Shown: in pieces, positions 26,765 through 40,928 of the stretch | Layout: each line of letters opens with the position of its first letter | How positions within the stretch are numbered: the first letter of the stretch is position 1 | DNA from: Raja brachyura | Lineage: Eukaryota | Direction of reading: 5' to 3' | DNA length: 64,000 nucleotides | Assembly (NCBI GenBank): GCA_963514005.1 | Contig: OY740826.1 | Span: 2,666,001 to 2,730,000, forward strand | Translations under genes and position numbers: made by a program | Notes under the pieces: generated by a model | What the model was told of the DNA's origin: nothing | Seen by the model: the letters and a program-made list of their open reading frames with translations, nothing else | Database searches by the model: none

Positions 26765-29700
26765 TCTCCCGGTGGTGCTATGGAGGGCTAGAGACCAGCG
26801 CCAGCGAGCTCCATGAAAACATCGCTAAAAACGGGGAGAAAAACGGACCTACCTGCTGTTTTTGCCTACAACGCGTGAGTGACGTCATCAGGCGTGCGAC
26901 TCCGTTATGTCTATGCAGCATACCCCCCCCCCCCCAAGAAACCGAAACGGTTTGCTAAGCAGACCCGTGGCACAGGATGAACAAGGCCCGACTGAAGCCT
27001 CGGGCTCAGGTACAACGTCGTCCCAGGAAGATGTCTCGAAGAAACCAAAGCCCAAAAAATCTGAGATAGAAGATTTTCGGATTTTTCTATCTCAGGAAAT
27101 TAAAAATATAAAGGAAGAACTAAAGAAAGTGAATGTTAAAGAATAAATTCAAAACTTCAAGGAAGAGTTTAAGGAGTTTAAGTTGGAAATGACGGAAGAA
27201 ATGAACTCCTTCGTCCTTGAATTTTTGGAAAATTGGAAGAATGAAACAGAAGCAAAGCTGAACCAGCAAATTACAGAGATGGATGTGGAGATGGAAGTTG
27301 CAATCAAGTCAGTGGAGTCTAGTTTTAACGAAAGGCTGGAGCCTGTCGAGGAATCACTGAATCAACAGGCTGTAGCCATAACCAATTAAGAGGAGATTGC
27401 TGCAACAAGTGCTGAAACAACAAAACAGCTTATCAGAGAAACCCAGCGTTTATCAGAGCTACTGAGCAAAATAACTGAAAAATGCACTGAGCTGGATGGA
27501 CGTCAGAGGCGTCAGAATGTAAGAATCGTCGGCATTCAAGAAGGGAGAGAGGGGAAACGAGACCCCCGCGAATTCGCTGCAGACTTACTGCAAAAAGTCT
27601 TAAATTTGGATCAAAAGTCTCTGTAAGCTCGAGCACACAGAGTGATGAGATGTCGCCCCTGGGTGGATGCCCCACCAAGACAAATGACAGTAAAGGTGCA
27701 ATATGACCACGTACTGGAGGAGATGATGAAAAAAAATTGTCCGTACCAGGAATCTCATATAAGAGGGAGATAAGATCAGTATTTACCGAGATTATCCTGT
27801 GAAGGTTCCAGGAAGAGAGCGCTGTTTAAAGAGACAAAAAGAATACTGAAGGATGTGAAAGATCTGAAGTATGGTCTGATGTACCCGGCTACACTAAGAG
27901 TTACAATAAGAATGAACATATCTTTACTAACCCTGTGGATGGATTGGAGTTCACCCAGAAGATCAAGAATCTGCCTGATGACTGATGATTATCTACAAAA
28001 TAAATGACGCCAACGAACAATGTAACTTTGTAAGATCGGATGGAATTAAGGACCTGTTATACCTAAGGACAATCGTAACTGAAGAAGGATGCTGAATAAG
28101 GCGTTTCCCATGGACGTTACACTCATAGCTACTATTATAATAATATTAACATAAATAACTAACAAATACTAATATCATTGCGTGGTACTATTAATAATAA
28201 TTATTACTAATGGTCACTAATTATTTACAATTGAATTACTTAGAATTAGCTAAACGGTAATTATGAGTGCGGTTGGATTTAAAATTTGATTTCACTTTGT
28301 CCCTTTTTAAAAAAATATATTTTTTAATATATATATTTGACTAATGGAATTTGAATACTTTGGAACCTAAAATGTTCCCCATCCCCCCGGTAAAATATCG
28401 CTATGGAAATTTCAATTTAAAGAGAGCATGGAGCTAGTCAAGTTTTTTTTTTACATCGACTACGGAAGTCGGTAGATGGTTAGCCAATGCTAGTATGGCT
28501 ATCACTAACTACACTACTTATAGATGTAGTTTTTCTTTCTTTTTGCACTTTACTAACCTCTTAATCTATCCCTTTTTTTATATAATACTTTATTATAATT
28601 TTAAGTTTGAATGGAGTTATAAGTTTTATCAAAGGAGATATATACGTGCGAAAGATCAACTGGATTTAAAATTAATCTATCTGATGTTCGGGTGTAATGT
28701 CGGGCTTGTCGAGCTGAACCATTTGCTCTTTTATAGACCTCCCTAAACAAAAGATGCAAGACTCAAATATGAAGATTGGGGGTGAAGGAATAATATTTTG
28801 CAGCTGGAACGTTAAGGGTATTAACGAACCAATTAAGAGAGGTAAAGTATTAGCACATTTAAAAGCACTTAAAACAGATGTAATATTCCTCCAAGAAACT
28901 CACCTAAAAAAGGTTGCAGAACATAGATTGAAAGCTAAATAGATTGATAAAGCGTATCATTCTTCATTTACACATAAATCCAGAGGTGTTGCAATACTAA
29001 TCCGTAAAGGGATACCTTTTAAACATATATCAACTATAACGGACAGTGATGGTAGATACATTATATTAATAGGTGAATTATATGCACAAAAATTGGCTCT
29101 TATTAATGTTTATGGACCAAATTTTGATAGTCCTTTGTTTTTTAAGAAAATATTTAATACAATTCCGGAATTAGCACAACACAATTTAATAATTGGAGGA
29201 GACTTAAATTGTACATTAGATCCCTATTTAGATAGGTCATCAAGACAACGGAAAACAAAATCGCACTCCAATGACTTATTAAACGCATATATAGATACTA
29301 GTAATATCAAAGATGTTTGGAGAATAGAAAACCCAACTGGACGAGAATATTCATTTTATTCACCGGTACATAAAACATATTCAAGAATAGATTATTTTTT
29401 AGTGGATTCTAAGCTTATTCCATTTACTTATAATTCGAAATACCACAATATTAAAATTTCGAATCATGCCCCTTTAACATTTATGATTAAAATAAATGGA
29501 AGGACGGAGAAACAGGTACAATGGGAACTTAACCCACAAATTTTAAAGGAAAAGGCATCTCAGGAATATCTTACTAAACAGATTAACACGTTCTTTGAAA
29601 TAAATGATAACCCTGAGACATCTGCCTCCTTACTATGGGAAACATTTAAAGCATTTACTCGTGGAACCATGATCTCCTCCCAAGCATTTCATAATAAAAA

Positions 29701-32700
29701 GAATCGGGTGATACAACAGGCATTGGAAAGGGAAATTGAACAATTAGACATAGAGAAAGCATCTACACCAACCATGATAAAACACAATAAAATTGCTGTA
29801 TTGAAATATAAATAAAATAAAATATATTCAGACCAAGTTGTAAAATTTTATCAATATACTAAACAATTACATTTTGAATTTGGAGATAAACCTAAAAAAT
29901 TATTGGCTCGTCAATTATGGAAACTGGACAGGGAAAAAAACAATTCATAGGATTAAATCAGACAAAGGAGAACCACTCGTACAACCTAAGGACATTAATG
30001 AGAGATTTCTGCAATGCTATCGAAACCTTTATTCTGCTAAAACTATAGATCACCGGCCAGGTATAGAAGCATTCTTACAAAAATGCAATCTTAAAGGGTT
30101 AGATTTGAAAGATAGAGAATTATTAGACACTGAAATAACAGTAAAATAAATTGAAGAGTCTATCAGATCTCTAAAAAATGGTAAATCCCCGGGACCAGAT
30201 GGCATTCACTCGGAATTTTATAAAACATTCTATGACCTGATCGTTCCACGTTTAAAGACATTGTATGAACATATCTATACCCAACAGAAATTACCAGAAA
30301 CGCTAAATGAATCTATTATAACACTTATACCAAAAATAGATAAGGATCTGGAGGATCCAGGATCATATATAGCTATAGCTCTTCTAAATACTGATCAAAA
30401 AATATTAACTAAAATCCTAGCACAAAGATTAAGTACAGTGATTAATAAATTAATACACCCGGATCAAACAGGATTTATACCAAAACGGTATTCCTCATAT
30501 ACCTGAGATGATTATTCAATATTATATACTCAAAAATAAGTATTAACAAAGACCTAGCAATTATTTTGTTAGATGCTGAGAAAGCTTCGACCAGGTGGAA
30601 TGGCCCTATTTATTTTCGGTAATGGAAACTTTTCAACTGAGCGAGAAGTTTAGTACATGGGTAAAACTTTTATATACTAATCCAACAGCTCGAATATCAA
30701 CAAATCAAATGCTATCAACTAAATTTAACTTATCTCGAGGCTGTAGATAAGGATGTCCGTTATCTCCGCTATTATTTGCACTTGTAATAGAACCATTAGC
30801 AGAAAGCGTGAGGTCCCATCCTGAAATATATGTGTATAAAACCAAAGATACTGAAAATAAAATCTCCTTATATGCAGACGATGTATTCATTTACATCACA
30901 AAACCTGAAGTTAGTATCCCTAACTTATTAAATTTAATAATTCAATATGGCTCGTTTTCAGGATACAGAATTAATTGGAATAAAAGTGAAATCATGCCAA
31001 TAATGGAAAGTAACCCACATATATTACAACAATTCCCTTTTAAAATAGTAAATGAAAAACTCAAATATCTTGGAATTTATGTAACAAAGAGATATACTTC
31101 TTTATTTAAATCTAATTTTCCGCCTTTATTGAACAAATTACATAAGAATATTTTATATTGGAAAACATTACCTATTTCAATGTTGGGTAGAATTAATGCG
31201 ATAAAAATGATCTTTCTCCCGCAATTATTGTACCTCGTTCAATTAATCCCGATATATCTCTCAAAAACTTTTTTAAAAAGGTTGACTCTATAGTCACCAA
31301 CTTTATCTGGGATTATAAGAACCACAGAATAAACAAAAAACACTTATGTAAATCAAAAATAAATGGAGGTTTAGCACTACCGAATTTTATGTTTTATTTT
31401 TGGGCAGTTAATATTAAAAATATGAATTTTTGGTTGGAAGAATTGGATAAACAACCAGATTGGTTAAAAATGGAAAAGGAAGACTGTTTACCTTTTGAAA
31501 TTGGGTCGATTTTATTTGGTATTACTAAATTAAGCAAAAAAACCTATAAAGAAAACCCTATAATAGACAGTGGAATACGTATCTGGAAACAATTAAAGAA
31601 GACACTAACATTGAATAGTTTACCACTATCTCTTCCCATTGTAAACAATGCTACATTTAAACCCTCAATGATGGATAAAGGTTTTTTACAATGGAAAAAC
31701 CATGGAATTACAAAGATGGGCGATTTCTATAGGGAACGTTCATTTCTTTCATTTCAGGAATTACAACAAATTAATGGGCTTCATTCAACAGACTACTTTA
31801 GATATTTACAAATTAGTGACTTTGCTACGTCAAATACACAGGACTACAGAAATAGAAAGACAGAAATTCTTGATGAATGTTTGAATAAACACCCGAACAC
31901 AGAAAAATTGATATCTTATATTTATAATATTCTATTAGATAATGATGCACCCATGACGGAAATATATAGGCAATCATGGGAAAATGAACTAGATCAAATA
32001 ATAAGGCCAGAAATATGGGATGAAAGCTTACAACATATACATCACTGTTCGTTAAATGCTAGACATTTTTTTTTTTAAATATATATTTTTATTAGAGGCC
32101 ATACGTATTACAAATAATATGATAATTTTTTCAGATATACATATTACATCTTTCCAAAATTATATAAATATTACCAAGCCATATATATAGGCCTCAACTT
32201 TTTTTAATAGTGTGAAAAAGAAAAAAACAGAATAAAGAAAGAATAGAGAATAATTTAAAGAGTGTGATTATAATTTAGATTAGAAGAGAAAAAGAGAAAG
32301 AGAAAAAAAAAGGAAAATACATATAACTAATAAACAATTATTATACTTTAAAGATTAAAAAAACAGTATACATCTTAACAATGAATGGAACAATTTATAA
32401 TTATAATATACGGAGACAAGTATATAAAGCTCAAATTAAACCTTTTTGTTTGATCTTATCACCTGGTACTTATTGAGTTTCAATGCCGAGCCCAGCTACC
32501 CCTTCATATAATCAGTGAATGGAGACCATATTTGTTCAAAAAGCTCGTGTTTATCCATTAGGATAAACCTAATTCTCTCCAATTGCAACGTCTCCAACAT
32601 TTCCACTGTCCACATTTTAATTGTAGGGGATAATGGTCCCTTCCAAAATTTTAATATTAATTTTTTTCCAATTATTAAACAATAATCCAGAAAGTTTCTT

Positions 32701-34303
32701 TGATTTGCTGTTAATGTTTGATTTGAATCTGAAACACCAAATATTATTAATTTTGGGTCAGGGATTAATGTGATCTTAAGAACTATGGAAATAATTTTGA
32801 AAAGCTCAGTCCAATAACTATTAAGTTTTGTACATATTACAAAACTATGAGTTAAATCAGCTTCTATGTGCTGACATTTATCACACAATGGTGATATATT
32901 AGGAAAAATTCTATTTAATTTCTTTTTTGAGTAATATAATCTATGTAATACTTTGAATTGTATCAAAATATGTCTGGCATTTAACGAACAGCGATGAATT
33001 CGTTGTAAGCTTTCTTCCCAAAAATCTTCTGATATCGGTAAAACCAGTTTCATTTTCGCATTTTTGTCGAAATGATTCAGTTGTTGGTATTTCACTGTCC
33101 AAAAGAATGTTATATATATATGCTATTAATTTTTCTGTGTTTGGATGCTTATTAAGTACTTCATCCAGTAAACCTGGATCTCTATTTCTGTAATCTAGCG
33201 TATTTAATTTGACATAATCTCTGATTTGTAAATATCTAAATAAATTATTTGCTTGCAATCCATAAATCTCTTTCAACTCCTGAAATGAGAGAAATTTCCC
33301 ATTCCTGTAAAGATGTTCTATCCTTATTATTCCTAAATTTTTCCAATGTCTAAACCCCACATCCAATGTCGAGGGCTTAAACAGAGGATTATTCATAATT
33401 GGTAAACAAAGCGGCATAGTTTCTAAATGTAAAGTCTTAACGATTTGTTTCCAAATACGTATATTATTTAAAATTATAGGATTTTCTTATATTATAAGAC
33501 ATTCTGTGATACAATTTAAAGTATTTCACAGATTGCACTATTCAAAAACCAAATTAAACAGAATTTTCCCATGCGTATCACCTATCTGTGATAAATGTCA
33601 ACACTTAGAGGCTAATCTAACGCACACATTTGTAAGCTGTATAAAAAAATAATCATTTTTGGACGGAAATTTTTAAGATAATTTCGGAAGTCGTCAATAC
33701 CAAATTGGTTCCTGATTCAAAATTAATAATATTAGGAATACTAGAACAAAATCAATTATTTACAACGAACCAAAGAACCTTTATCGATTATAGTTTAATA
33801 ATTGGGAAAAAATTAATATTAAAATTTTGGAAAGGCCCTATAACCCCCACAATTAAAATGTGGACTATGGAAATGTCGGACACCCTACATTTGGAAAGAT
33901 TGAGATTTGTCTTAATGGACAAACAAGAACTATTTACTAGATTATGGTCCACATTTATTGAATACTTGAAGGGGCAAACTGGTTCGGCACGAAACCTGAT
34001 TGAAACCTGAATTAGTAATAGATGAAGAATTACATTTTATAATCCGCGGACATATCTCCAATGGTGCATAATCCGTTCAATACTCCACTCTTCTTTTGTT
34101 TTTTTTTTCCATTTTGTTTTAAATTTCTTCCTCCCTCTCTATTAGTTTCTATCTTTATAAAAATTAAAAAAATATATAGAAGTACAATTACTATACAATT
34201 GTTAATATAAATAATATTAATAATGTATGACTATAACAAACAAAATGCTTTTTATTATGTATTTACTTCTAATAACAAAAATTATTAAAAAAAAGAAAAA
34301 GAA
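26765..34303 (+). mobile_element. Full-length degenerate L1
   Basis: 18-bp TSD AGAAAAAGGGGGTAAAAG at 26747-26764 and 34304-34321. ORF1 remnants ~26907-27985, ORF2 remnants 28754-34010 (YADD), A-rich tail. Confidence 0.95.
32068..33496 (-). mobile_element. 5'-truncated L1 inserted antisense into the L1 ORF2
   Basis: Poly(T) at the left end, minus-strand ORF2 C-terminus, 7-bp TSD AGACATT at 32061-32067 and 33497-33503. Confidence 0.92.
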
Positions 34304-34426
34304 AGAAAAAGGGGGTAAAAGCGTACCCAACGTCGCCCTCATCCTGACGGCCACTTTCGTGTGTGGCTGCATCAGGCGGAGCGTAGAGCCAAGGCACGTG
34401 GGAACCAAGTTTCATTACCTGTTGAG

Positions 34427-35941
34427 CAGGCACGTGCCGTCAGGGTAGGCAAAGTAGGCACTGCCTACCCTGACTAAAATTATGAAATGGCAATTATTAA
34501 ATATAAATAGTAAACGCATGGGAGAATTATGCCTGTCTAAGAGATCGATCTCTTAGGTAGGCATAATTCTCCGTGCCTTTCATCCGCAGCGCTTGTGACA
34601 CGGGAAGCTCTGTGCAGCCCACGTGCCGTCAGCGCTGCCTGAAGCCGTCAGTTTCAAGGGGAGCTGAAGGCAGCAGAAATTCTGCCTTTGCAGCACTGCG
34701 AATGCGCATCATCCTTCTGCGCATGCGCAGCGCGAGTTTCTTGGCGGCATTTTCAAATATGGATTGCCATTATTTTAATAGTATCTTAGCAAACAAAGAG
34801 TGAATAATGGACTTAATGTACCAATAATGTGGTAAGTGCATTTCTTTGTGCTTTATGTTTTTAAATACTGTCATTCCCGGGGTGGGGGAGAGCTCCGTTC
34901 GCAGTGTTTGGGCAGTCTGGCGTTGTGAAGGAGGGGATTGGGGTCAGTAACCCACTTGCCACTCTCCGGTCTGAGTGCAGGTAGATGGGACTAGGTGAGA
35001 GTAAGTGTTCGGCACGGACTAAAAGGGCCGAGATGGCCTGTTTCCGTGCTGTAATTGGTATATGGTTTTATTGCGGCCGGGGAGTGAATTAGCTCAGCTG
35101 GCTGCCGCAGCACTCCGGGCACGGACAGCAGAACTGGCCACCACTTCCGAGGAAGGAAGCAGCTCGGGTGACTGCGAGTGGCGTCCGGGACCCAGCCACT
35201 TCAGCCCCTTCTGCTGGTCCCCACTCACCTCTGGCAGTGCTCTCCGTCTGAACATCTCTCACCTGCCGCTCGCCGGCCGGCTTCCCGCAAATCTTTAAAT
35301 TCCGACAGCGCGTTCACGGGTCCAGTTGAGGTTACTTAGCTGTGGGAATTTAAGGATTTACGGGACGCGGTTGACATGAGCGAAGCCGGCGAACTGCAGG
35401 TGAGAGATATTCAGACGAAGAGCACTGCCAGAGGTGATCAGAAGGCGCTGAAGAGCACCCGGTTCTGGTGTCGAGTCCCGGCGGCCGCTCGCACCCAAGC
35501 TGCTTCTATCCCCGGAAGTGGCGGCCAGTTCTGCTGTCCGTGCCCGGAGCGCTGCGGCAGCGGTGAGTGATATGATCTCTGACCCCCTCCTTCTCAAAAC
35601 CTCCGCCTTCTCGCATATTTAACCCCTGCCGCAGGCTCCCCACACGCTGTGAAAGGAACTCCCCCTCCAATTGGACCATTGAATTAGTATTGTCATTCAC
35701 TAAGATGACAACTGATTCAACGTCCCGGTGTACTCCCGTTTTCCCCACCATCTCTCCACCTGCCCTCATCCTCCGTCCCCCACCCATTCAGTAATTAAAA
35801 AATGAAGAAGATTTAGAACCCTTGGGAAAATTGAATTGTTACTTATTTTTTACGGAGAACACTGCGCATGCGCGGTTTAAAGATTTTTTTTGAAAGCAGG
35901 CTGACTGCCTACCCTGAGTAATTACTCACGGCACGTGCCTG
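34427..35941. mobile_element. Non-autonomous hAT element, copy 2
   Basis: TIR CAGGCACGTGCCGT; perfect 8-bp TSD CTGTTGAG at 34419-34426 and 35942-35949. Confidence 0.93.
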
Positions 35942-36670
35942 CTGTTGAGGTTCTACCTGTCCCCGGTGTTGTGAAGGATGGACCTGGGGCAGATGCCATG
36001 AAATATGCCAGTCAGCTGGACATTGTGCACCATCTGTCGTTTGTGGAAAGGTTCTTCCAGACCAACACCTTCGACCACAAGTCCATCGGGCAGTGGTCAG
36101 CACGGAACATCCTGCAGGCACTGCAGCAAATTGACTCCATGGATCCTGTGGCATGATTCCCTGAGCAGACTGCCCAGCTTGTCTGGCGAAATGCCTCATC
36201 GCCACAACTCACCAACAAGCACCAAGACCTGGCTTGCCTGGCGATGAGGGGAGCCCTCCCAGTCAGATCCTTCCTGCACCGTCGGACCTAACTACCAGCG
36301 CACGCTACCTTTGGGACGGCTGCTATGGAGGGGAGACGGTTGCGCACCACTTTGCAGAGTGTGGATTTGCAAAGACAGTCTGGAGAGGTTTGCAAGGGTC
36401 CCTGTCACGATTTATTCTGAACAGCTCTGTCACAGAGGACTCTGTGATTTATGGACTGTTCCCAAGAACGCATTCAGAGACTGACATTGTGTGCTGCTGG
36501 AAGGTCATCAACTCAGTAAAAGACGCCCTTTGGTCTGCCAGAGCTTTGTTGACCACCCAGCGGAGCGGGATGTCTGTCCGAAAATGTTGCCGACTGGCCC
36601 GCTGCAGAATGCAGGAGTACGTGCTGAGGGACGCACTGAAGCTTGGTGCAGCTAACTCCAAGGCTCAGTG

Positions 36671-37319
36671 TGGGGGGGGGGGGGGGGGGGCGGGAGTGGG
36701 CTCCCTCTACGCAGGGATTCTCCCCTGGGGTTGAGGGTATTGCAGCGGAATCCCCTGCAACCTGTTTCTCTCGCGGTTCACAGACTCGCCAACCGCCTGC
36801 CACTTTTGCGGGCTGGAAGAGTCTGTGTACCAAGTGTATATGGAGTGTGTGAGGCTGCATCCGCTGTTCCAATATCTAAAGCGGCTGCTACTTGCCTTCT
36901 GGCTGCATTTCTCACCCACCATCCTCATCTTTGGACACCCTGTGCATGGGGGAGAGGGTAGGGCTGAAGATGTCCTGGTTGGGTTGCCCCTGGACCTGGC
37001 CAGGCTGGCCATCCTCGAGTCACTGCGTCCGGCGGATGAGGGCTCTGCCCGAGCCAGCTGCCTGCCCCTTTTCCGGGGTTACGTCCGTGCCCGGGTGTTG
37101 TTATAGGGACTACGCACTGTCCACGGGGAACCTGGGGGATTTCCAGGACTGTTGGGCACCGCGGGGGGTGGAAAGCATAATTGACAAGGATTGTAACATA
37201 GTTGTATGGTAGTTTATTTAGTATATTTGTTGGTCTTGTATTATGGTGGTGGGTTGTTTTGTTTTATTGTATTGTAAATATTATTTTTAATAATTGATTA
37301 CATTTTTTGATATTAAAAA
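36671..37319 (+). mobile_element. 5'-truncated Tx1 of a second family, inserted just before the host Tx1 stop codon
   Basis: CHFCGLEESVY..MECVRL..FWLHFSP..IFGHPV, A tail, TSD AAGGCTC(A/G)GTG at 36660-36670 and 37320-37330. Confidence 0.85.
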
Positions 37320-37687
37320 AAGGCTCGGTGGGGGTTGACCACAGTCTAGGGGCCTTCCGCTGCTGGACATGGGGGGCAGGATGTGGTGGAGACGCCCCTC
37401 AAAATTAAGGGAAGGGATTCCACGCCAGTGGGCCACATGAGTGGCGAGGGTGGGGGATCAGTTTGTGTAATTTGTGTAAACATTATTGAATGTATGTACA
37501 GCCTCCAAGGATGTGGAATGGAGATTTGTAAGGATCATCTATTGGATATATTTATTTCTCAAATAAAGTATATTTTGAATTTTTTTAAATGGAAGCTTTA
37601 TAAACAACACAATTGTGACTTTTACAAGATATTCAGATGGGAATGTAATAGGAAGGCTATAGTTTAGTATAAGAGACACAGCGAGGA

Positions 37688-38215
37688 AACATAGAAAATA
37701 GGTGCAGGAGTAGGCCATTCGGCCATTCGAGCCAGCACCGCCATTCAATATGATCATGGCTGACCATCCAAAATCAGTACCCCGTTCCTGCCTTCTCCCC
37801 ATATCCCTTAATCCCGTTAGCCCAAAGAGCTAAGAACTCTTGCAAACATCCAGTGAATTGGCCTCCACTGCCTTCTGTGGCAGAAAATTCCCAGATTCAC
37901 AACTCTCTGGGTGAAAACGATTTTCCTCATCTCAGTCCTAAATGTCCTATCCCTTATTCTTAAACTGTGACCCCTGGTTCTGGACTCACCCCAACAGCGG
38001 GAACATTTTCCCTGCATCTCGCCTGTCCAATCCCTTAAGGATTTATATGTTTCTATAAGATGCCCTCTCATCCTTCTAAATTCCAGTGAATACAAGCCCA
38101 GTTGATCCATTCTTTCATCATATGTCAGTCCCGCCATCCCGGGAATTAACCTGGTGAACCTATGCCACACTCCATCAATAGCAAGAATGTCCTTCCTCAA
38201 ATTAGGAGACCAAAA
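37688..38215 (-). mobile_element. CR1 3' fragment
   Basis: RKDILAI..RFTRLIPGMAGL and a CR1 3' UTR. Confidence 0.85.
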
Positions 38216-38399
38216 ATCAAATAAAAGAGATGTTTAAAACATAATTCTGAGACACGTGACTGTAATGGTTCAGCATTTTAATCTCTTTGTTTACAAATGC
38301 AACAAATCCAAATCCTCTGCAGAAAACATTTAATGATAGAAAAATAGTATCAGGATTAATCTTGCAGCTGCTCCACTATTAGATGACCATGACTGATTA

Positions 38400-39117
38400 G
38401 TTTTAGTTTAGTGTAGTTTAGAGACACAGCGCTGAAACAGGACCTTCGGCCCACCGAGTCAGCGCCGACCAGCGATCCCCGCACGCTACACACACCAAGT
38501 CCAGTCTAGTCAAGTCACTTTTATTTCTACAGCACATTTAAAAAACAACTCTCATTGACCAAAGTGCTTTACATTGGTGGAGGTACTAACGTTATACAAC
38601 AGTGGTTCACAGATTAAGTACATACATAAATACATACATATCGCCCTCCCTCAGAGGACGTCAAGAAAGGCTTGAGAGGAAAGATGAGTTTTAAGTCTCG
38701 ACTTAAAAGAGTCGATGGAGGGGGTAGTTCGGAGGGGAAGAGGGATGCTGTTCCACAGTCTAGGAGCTGCAACCGCAAAGCCCCTGAGCTTATGCCTAGA
38801 CCGCAGGATGTTCAGTAACCCCAAGTCTGCCGATTTGAGGGACCTGGAGGGACCAGCGCCGACCAGCCATCTCTGCACACTAACACTATTCTACATGCAC
38901 TAGGGACAATTTTTAAAAACGTTGACACCAAGCCAATTAACCTACAAACCAGCTCATCTTTGGGGTGTGGGAGGAAACCGAAGATCCCGGAGAAAACCCA
39001 CGTAGGTCACGGGGAGAACGTACAAACTCCGTACAGACAGCACCTGTAGTCAGGATCGAACCCGGGTCTCTGGCGCTGTGAGGCAGCAACTCTACCGCTG
39101 CGCCACCGTGCCGCCCT
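38400..39117 (-). mobile_element. tRNA-derived SINE split by an L2 insertion
   Basis: Reverse-complement head near 39117 and (CTAAA)n tail near 38400. Confidence 0.8.
38495..38852 (-). mobile_element. L2 LINE 3' end inserted into a SINE
   Basis: FAVAAPRLWNSIPL..SIDSFKSRLKTHL; SINE sequence (cagcgccgaccagc...) is duplicated on both sides. Confidence 0.8.
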
Positions 39118-39611
39118 TTGTCAGATTTCCAGTGTCTGCGTTTCATTATTATTATTACTCACCAATGCCACACAGAGAGCTGCTTGCTATGAAACTTGTT
39201 ATAGAACATGGCGCTACAAGAGCAAGAGGGCGTTTCAGAGTTTCAGAATAGCATTAGCAAAAATCCCACAGGATTTTCAAAAAATAAAAGTCTTTATTTA
39301 ATAACTACGAGTCTATTTTGTAACTGCAGGTAAAGACTGTGTTTAACAGACTATCATGTGATCAGTGTCAACAGAAGCAATTATTGTCAATGTTAATGGT
39401 TACCCGCGGAACAGTCTGTGTTCTAAAGAAACAAAGGCTTTTTTAAAGAGATACAGCGGGGAAACAGGCCCTTCGGCCCACCGAGTCCGCACCGGCCATC
39501 GATCATCCGTTCACACACTAGTTCTATGTTATCCCACTATTTCATCTACAGAGGGTTAATTAATCTATGAAACCCAAGGTAGTTAAGGCTGGTGTAGCGC
39601 TCTCTCCACAC

Positions 39612-39735
39612 TGCCCCGCCCTTCCTCCACACCGCCCCTCCCTCCCTCGTCACCGCCCCTCCCTCCCTCCACACCGCCCCTCCCTCCTTCCTCACCGCCC
39701 CTCCCTCCCTCCACAACGCCCCTCCCTCCCTCCTC
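39612..39735. repeat. ~21-bp C-rich minisatellite overlapping the Siglec stop codon
   Basis: Repeats of CACCGCCCCTCCCTCCCTCC. Confidence 0.8.
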
Positions 39736-39892
39736 CCACCAACCCCATCCCCTGCTTGGACTGGAACCAGAGCTCCGCGTATTCCACCCCCTCGCCACTG
39801 TGCACGGTGTCTCCGCTGCTCGGTACCTCCCGCAGGTTGGTGTACACGGCCGCTTGATCTTCCCCTGGCCCGTCCTGTCCACTCCCCGCGCT
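39692..39892 (-). CDS. Siglec-like receptor, terminal cytoplasmic exon with ITIM motifs
   Basis: Acceptor cttccAG|AGC, phase 0. SAGSGQDGPGEDQAAVYTNLREVPSSGDTVHSGEGVEYAELWFQ...GR*. VEYAEL is a canonical ITIM. Confidence 0.85.
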   Translation of the reverse strand, partial: SAGSGQDGPGEDQAAVYTNLREVPSSGDTVHSGEGVEYAELWFQSKQGMGLVGGGREGRCGGREGR

Positions 39893-40928
39893 CTGGAAGG
39901 AAAGGGAAGCAGACGGGCTGTTGTGGGTTTAGTACAGAGCAGTGCGCGGTGTGGCCCGGCATTTAATACCATCAGCGAGAAGGTTCACAACTCCTGAACT
40001 CCCACAGACCCAGGTTCAGCCATGTTGTTTATGTTTCTCTCTCTCTCACACACCCTCTCCTTCTGCCTCTCTCTCCTCCTTTCTCCCTCTCCTCTTTCTC
40101 TCTCACACTCACGCACTCTGTCTCTCACACTCTCTCCCCCTCTCGCACTGTCACCCTCGCTCAAACTTTCTCTCACACTCGCACCCACCCTTTCACACCC
40201 CCCTCTAACACACTCTCACGTGGTTAGATAAATCCTCCCCCACCCAAGTCGCGCCAACGTCACGTTTTCACCCAACAAACCGCTAACAGTGACCTGTTTC
40301 CTTTATCATCGTTACTTTGCATTTATCTTTCATTCATTGTTCTTTATCTCTCTCTACATCATCGTCTATATAGAGTCATACATTGTGGAAACAGGCCTTT
40401 CGGTCCGACTTGCCCACATCGGCCAACGTGTCCCAGTTACACTAGTCCCACCTGCCTGCTCTTGGTCCATATCCCTCCAAACTTGTCCTGTCCATGTACC
40501 TTTCTAACTGTTTCTTAAACTTAGGGATAGTCCCAGCCTCAACTACCTCCTCCAGCAGCTCGTTACACACACGCACCACCCTTTGTGTGAAAAAGTTACC
40601 CCTCAGATTTTTTTCCCCTTCACCTTGAACCAATGTCCTCTGGTCCTCGATTCCCCTACTCTGGGCAAGATACTCTGTGCATCTACCTGATCTATTCCTC
40701 TCATGATTTTATACACCTCTATAAGATCACCCATCATCCCCCTGCGCTCCAAGGAATAGAGTCCCAGGCTCCTCAACCTCTCCCTGTAGCTCAGGCCCCT
40801 CGAGTCTCAACCGAAACGTCACCTATTCCTTCTCTCCAGAGATTCTGCCTGTTCCACTGAGTTACTCCAGCTTTTTGTGCCCACTTTTGTATCATCTGCA
40901 GTTGAGATTAAATGCAAAGTTCCACTAC

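Larger units (their letters stand above)
23922..37590 (+). mobile_element. Degenerate Tx1-type LINE fragmented by nested insertions
   Basis: Collinear pieces at 23922-24577 (EN), 25458-26764 (NWRPITLLNVDYKIL, LDQEKAFDR), 34304-34426, 35942-36670 (Cys/His domain) and 37320-37590 (stop, 3' UTR, AATAAA). Confidence 0.88.

Noticed and set aside
22491-35941. Inverted hAT pair as a composite macrotransposon
   Set aside because: The outer flanks share no TSD, and copy 2 has its own perfect TSD inside Tx1.
36234-37212. Chimeric Tx1 with two Cys/His C-termini
   Set aside because: Explained by a nested insertion; a TSD is present and the host frame resumes at 37320.
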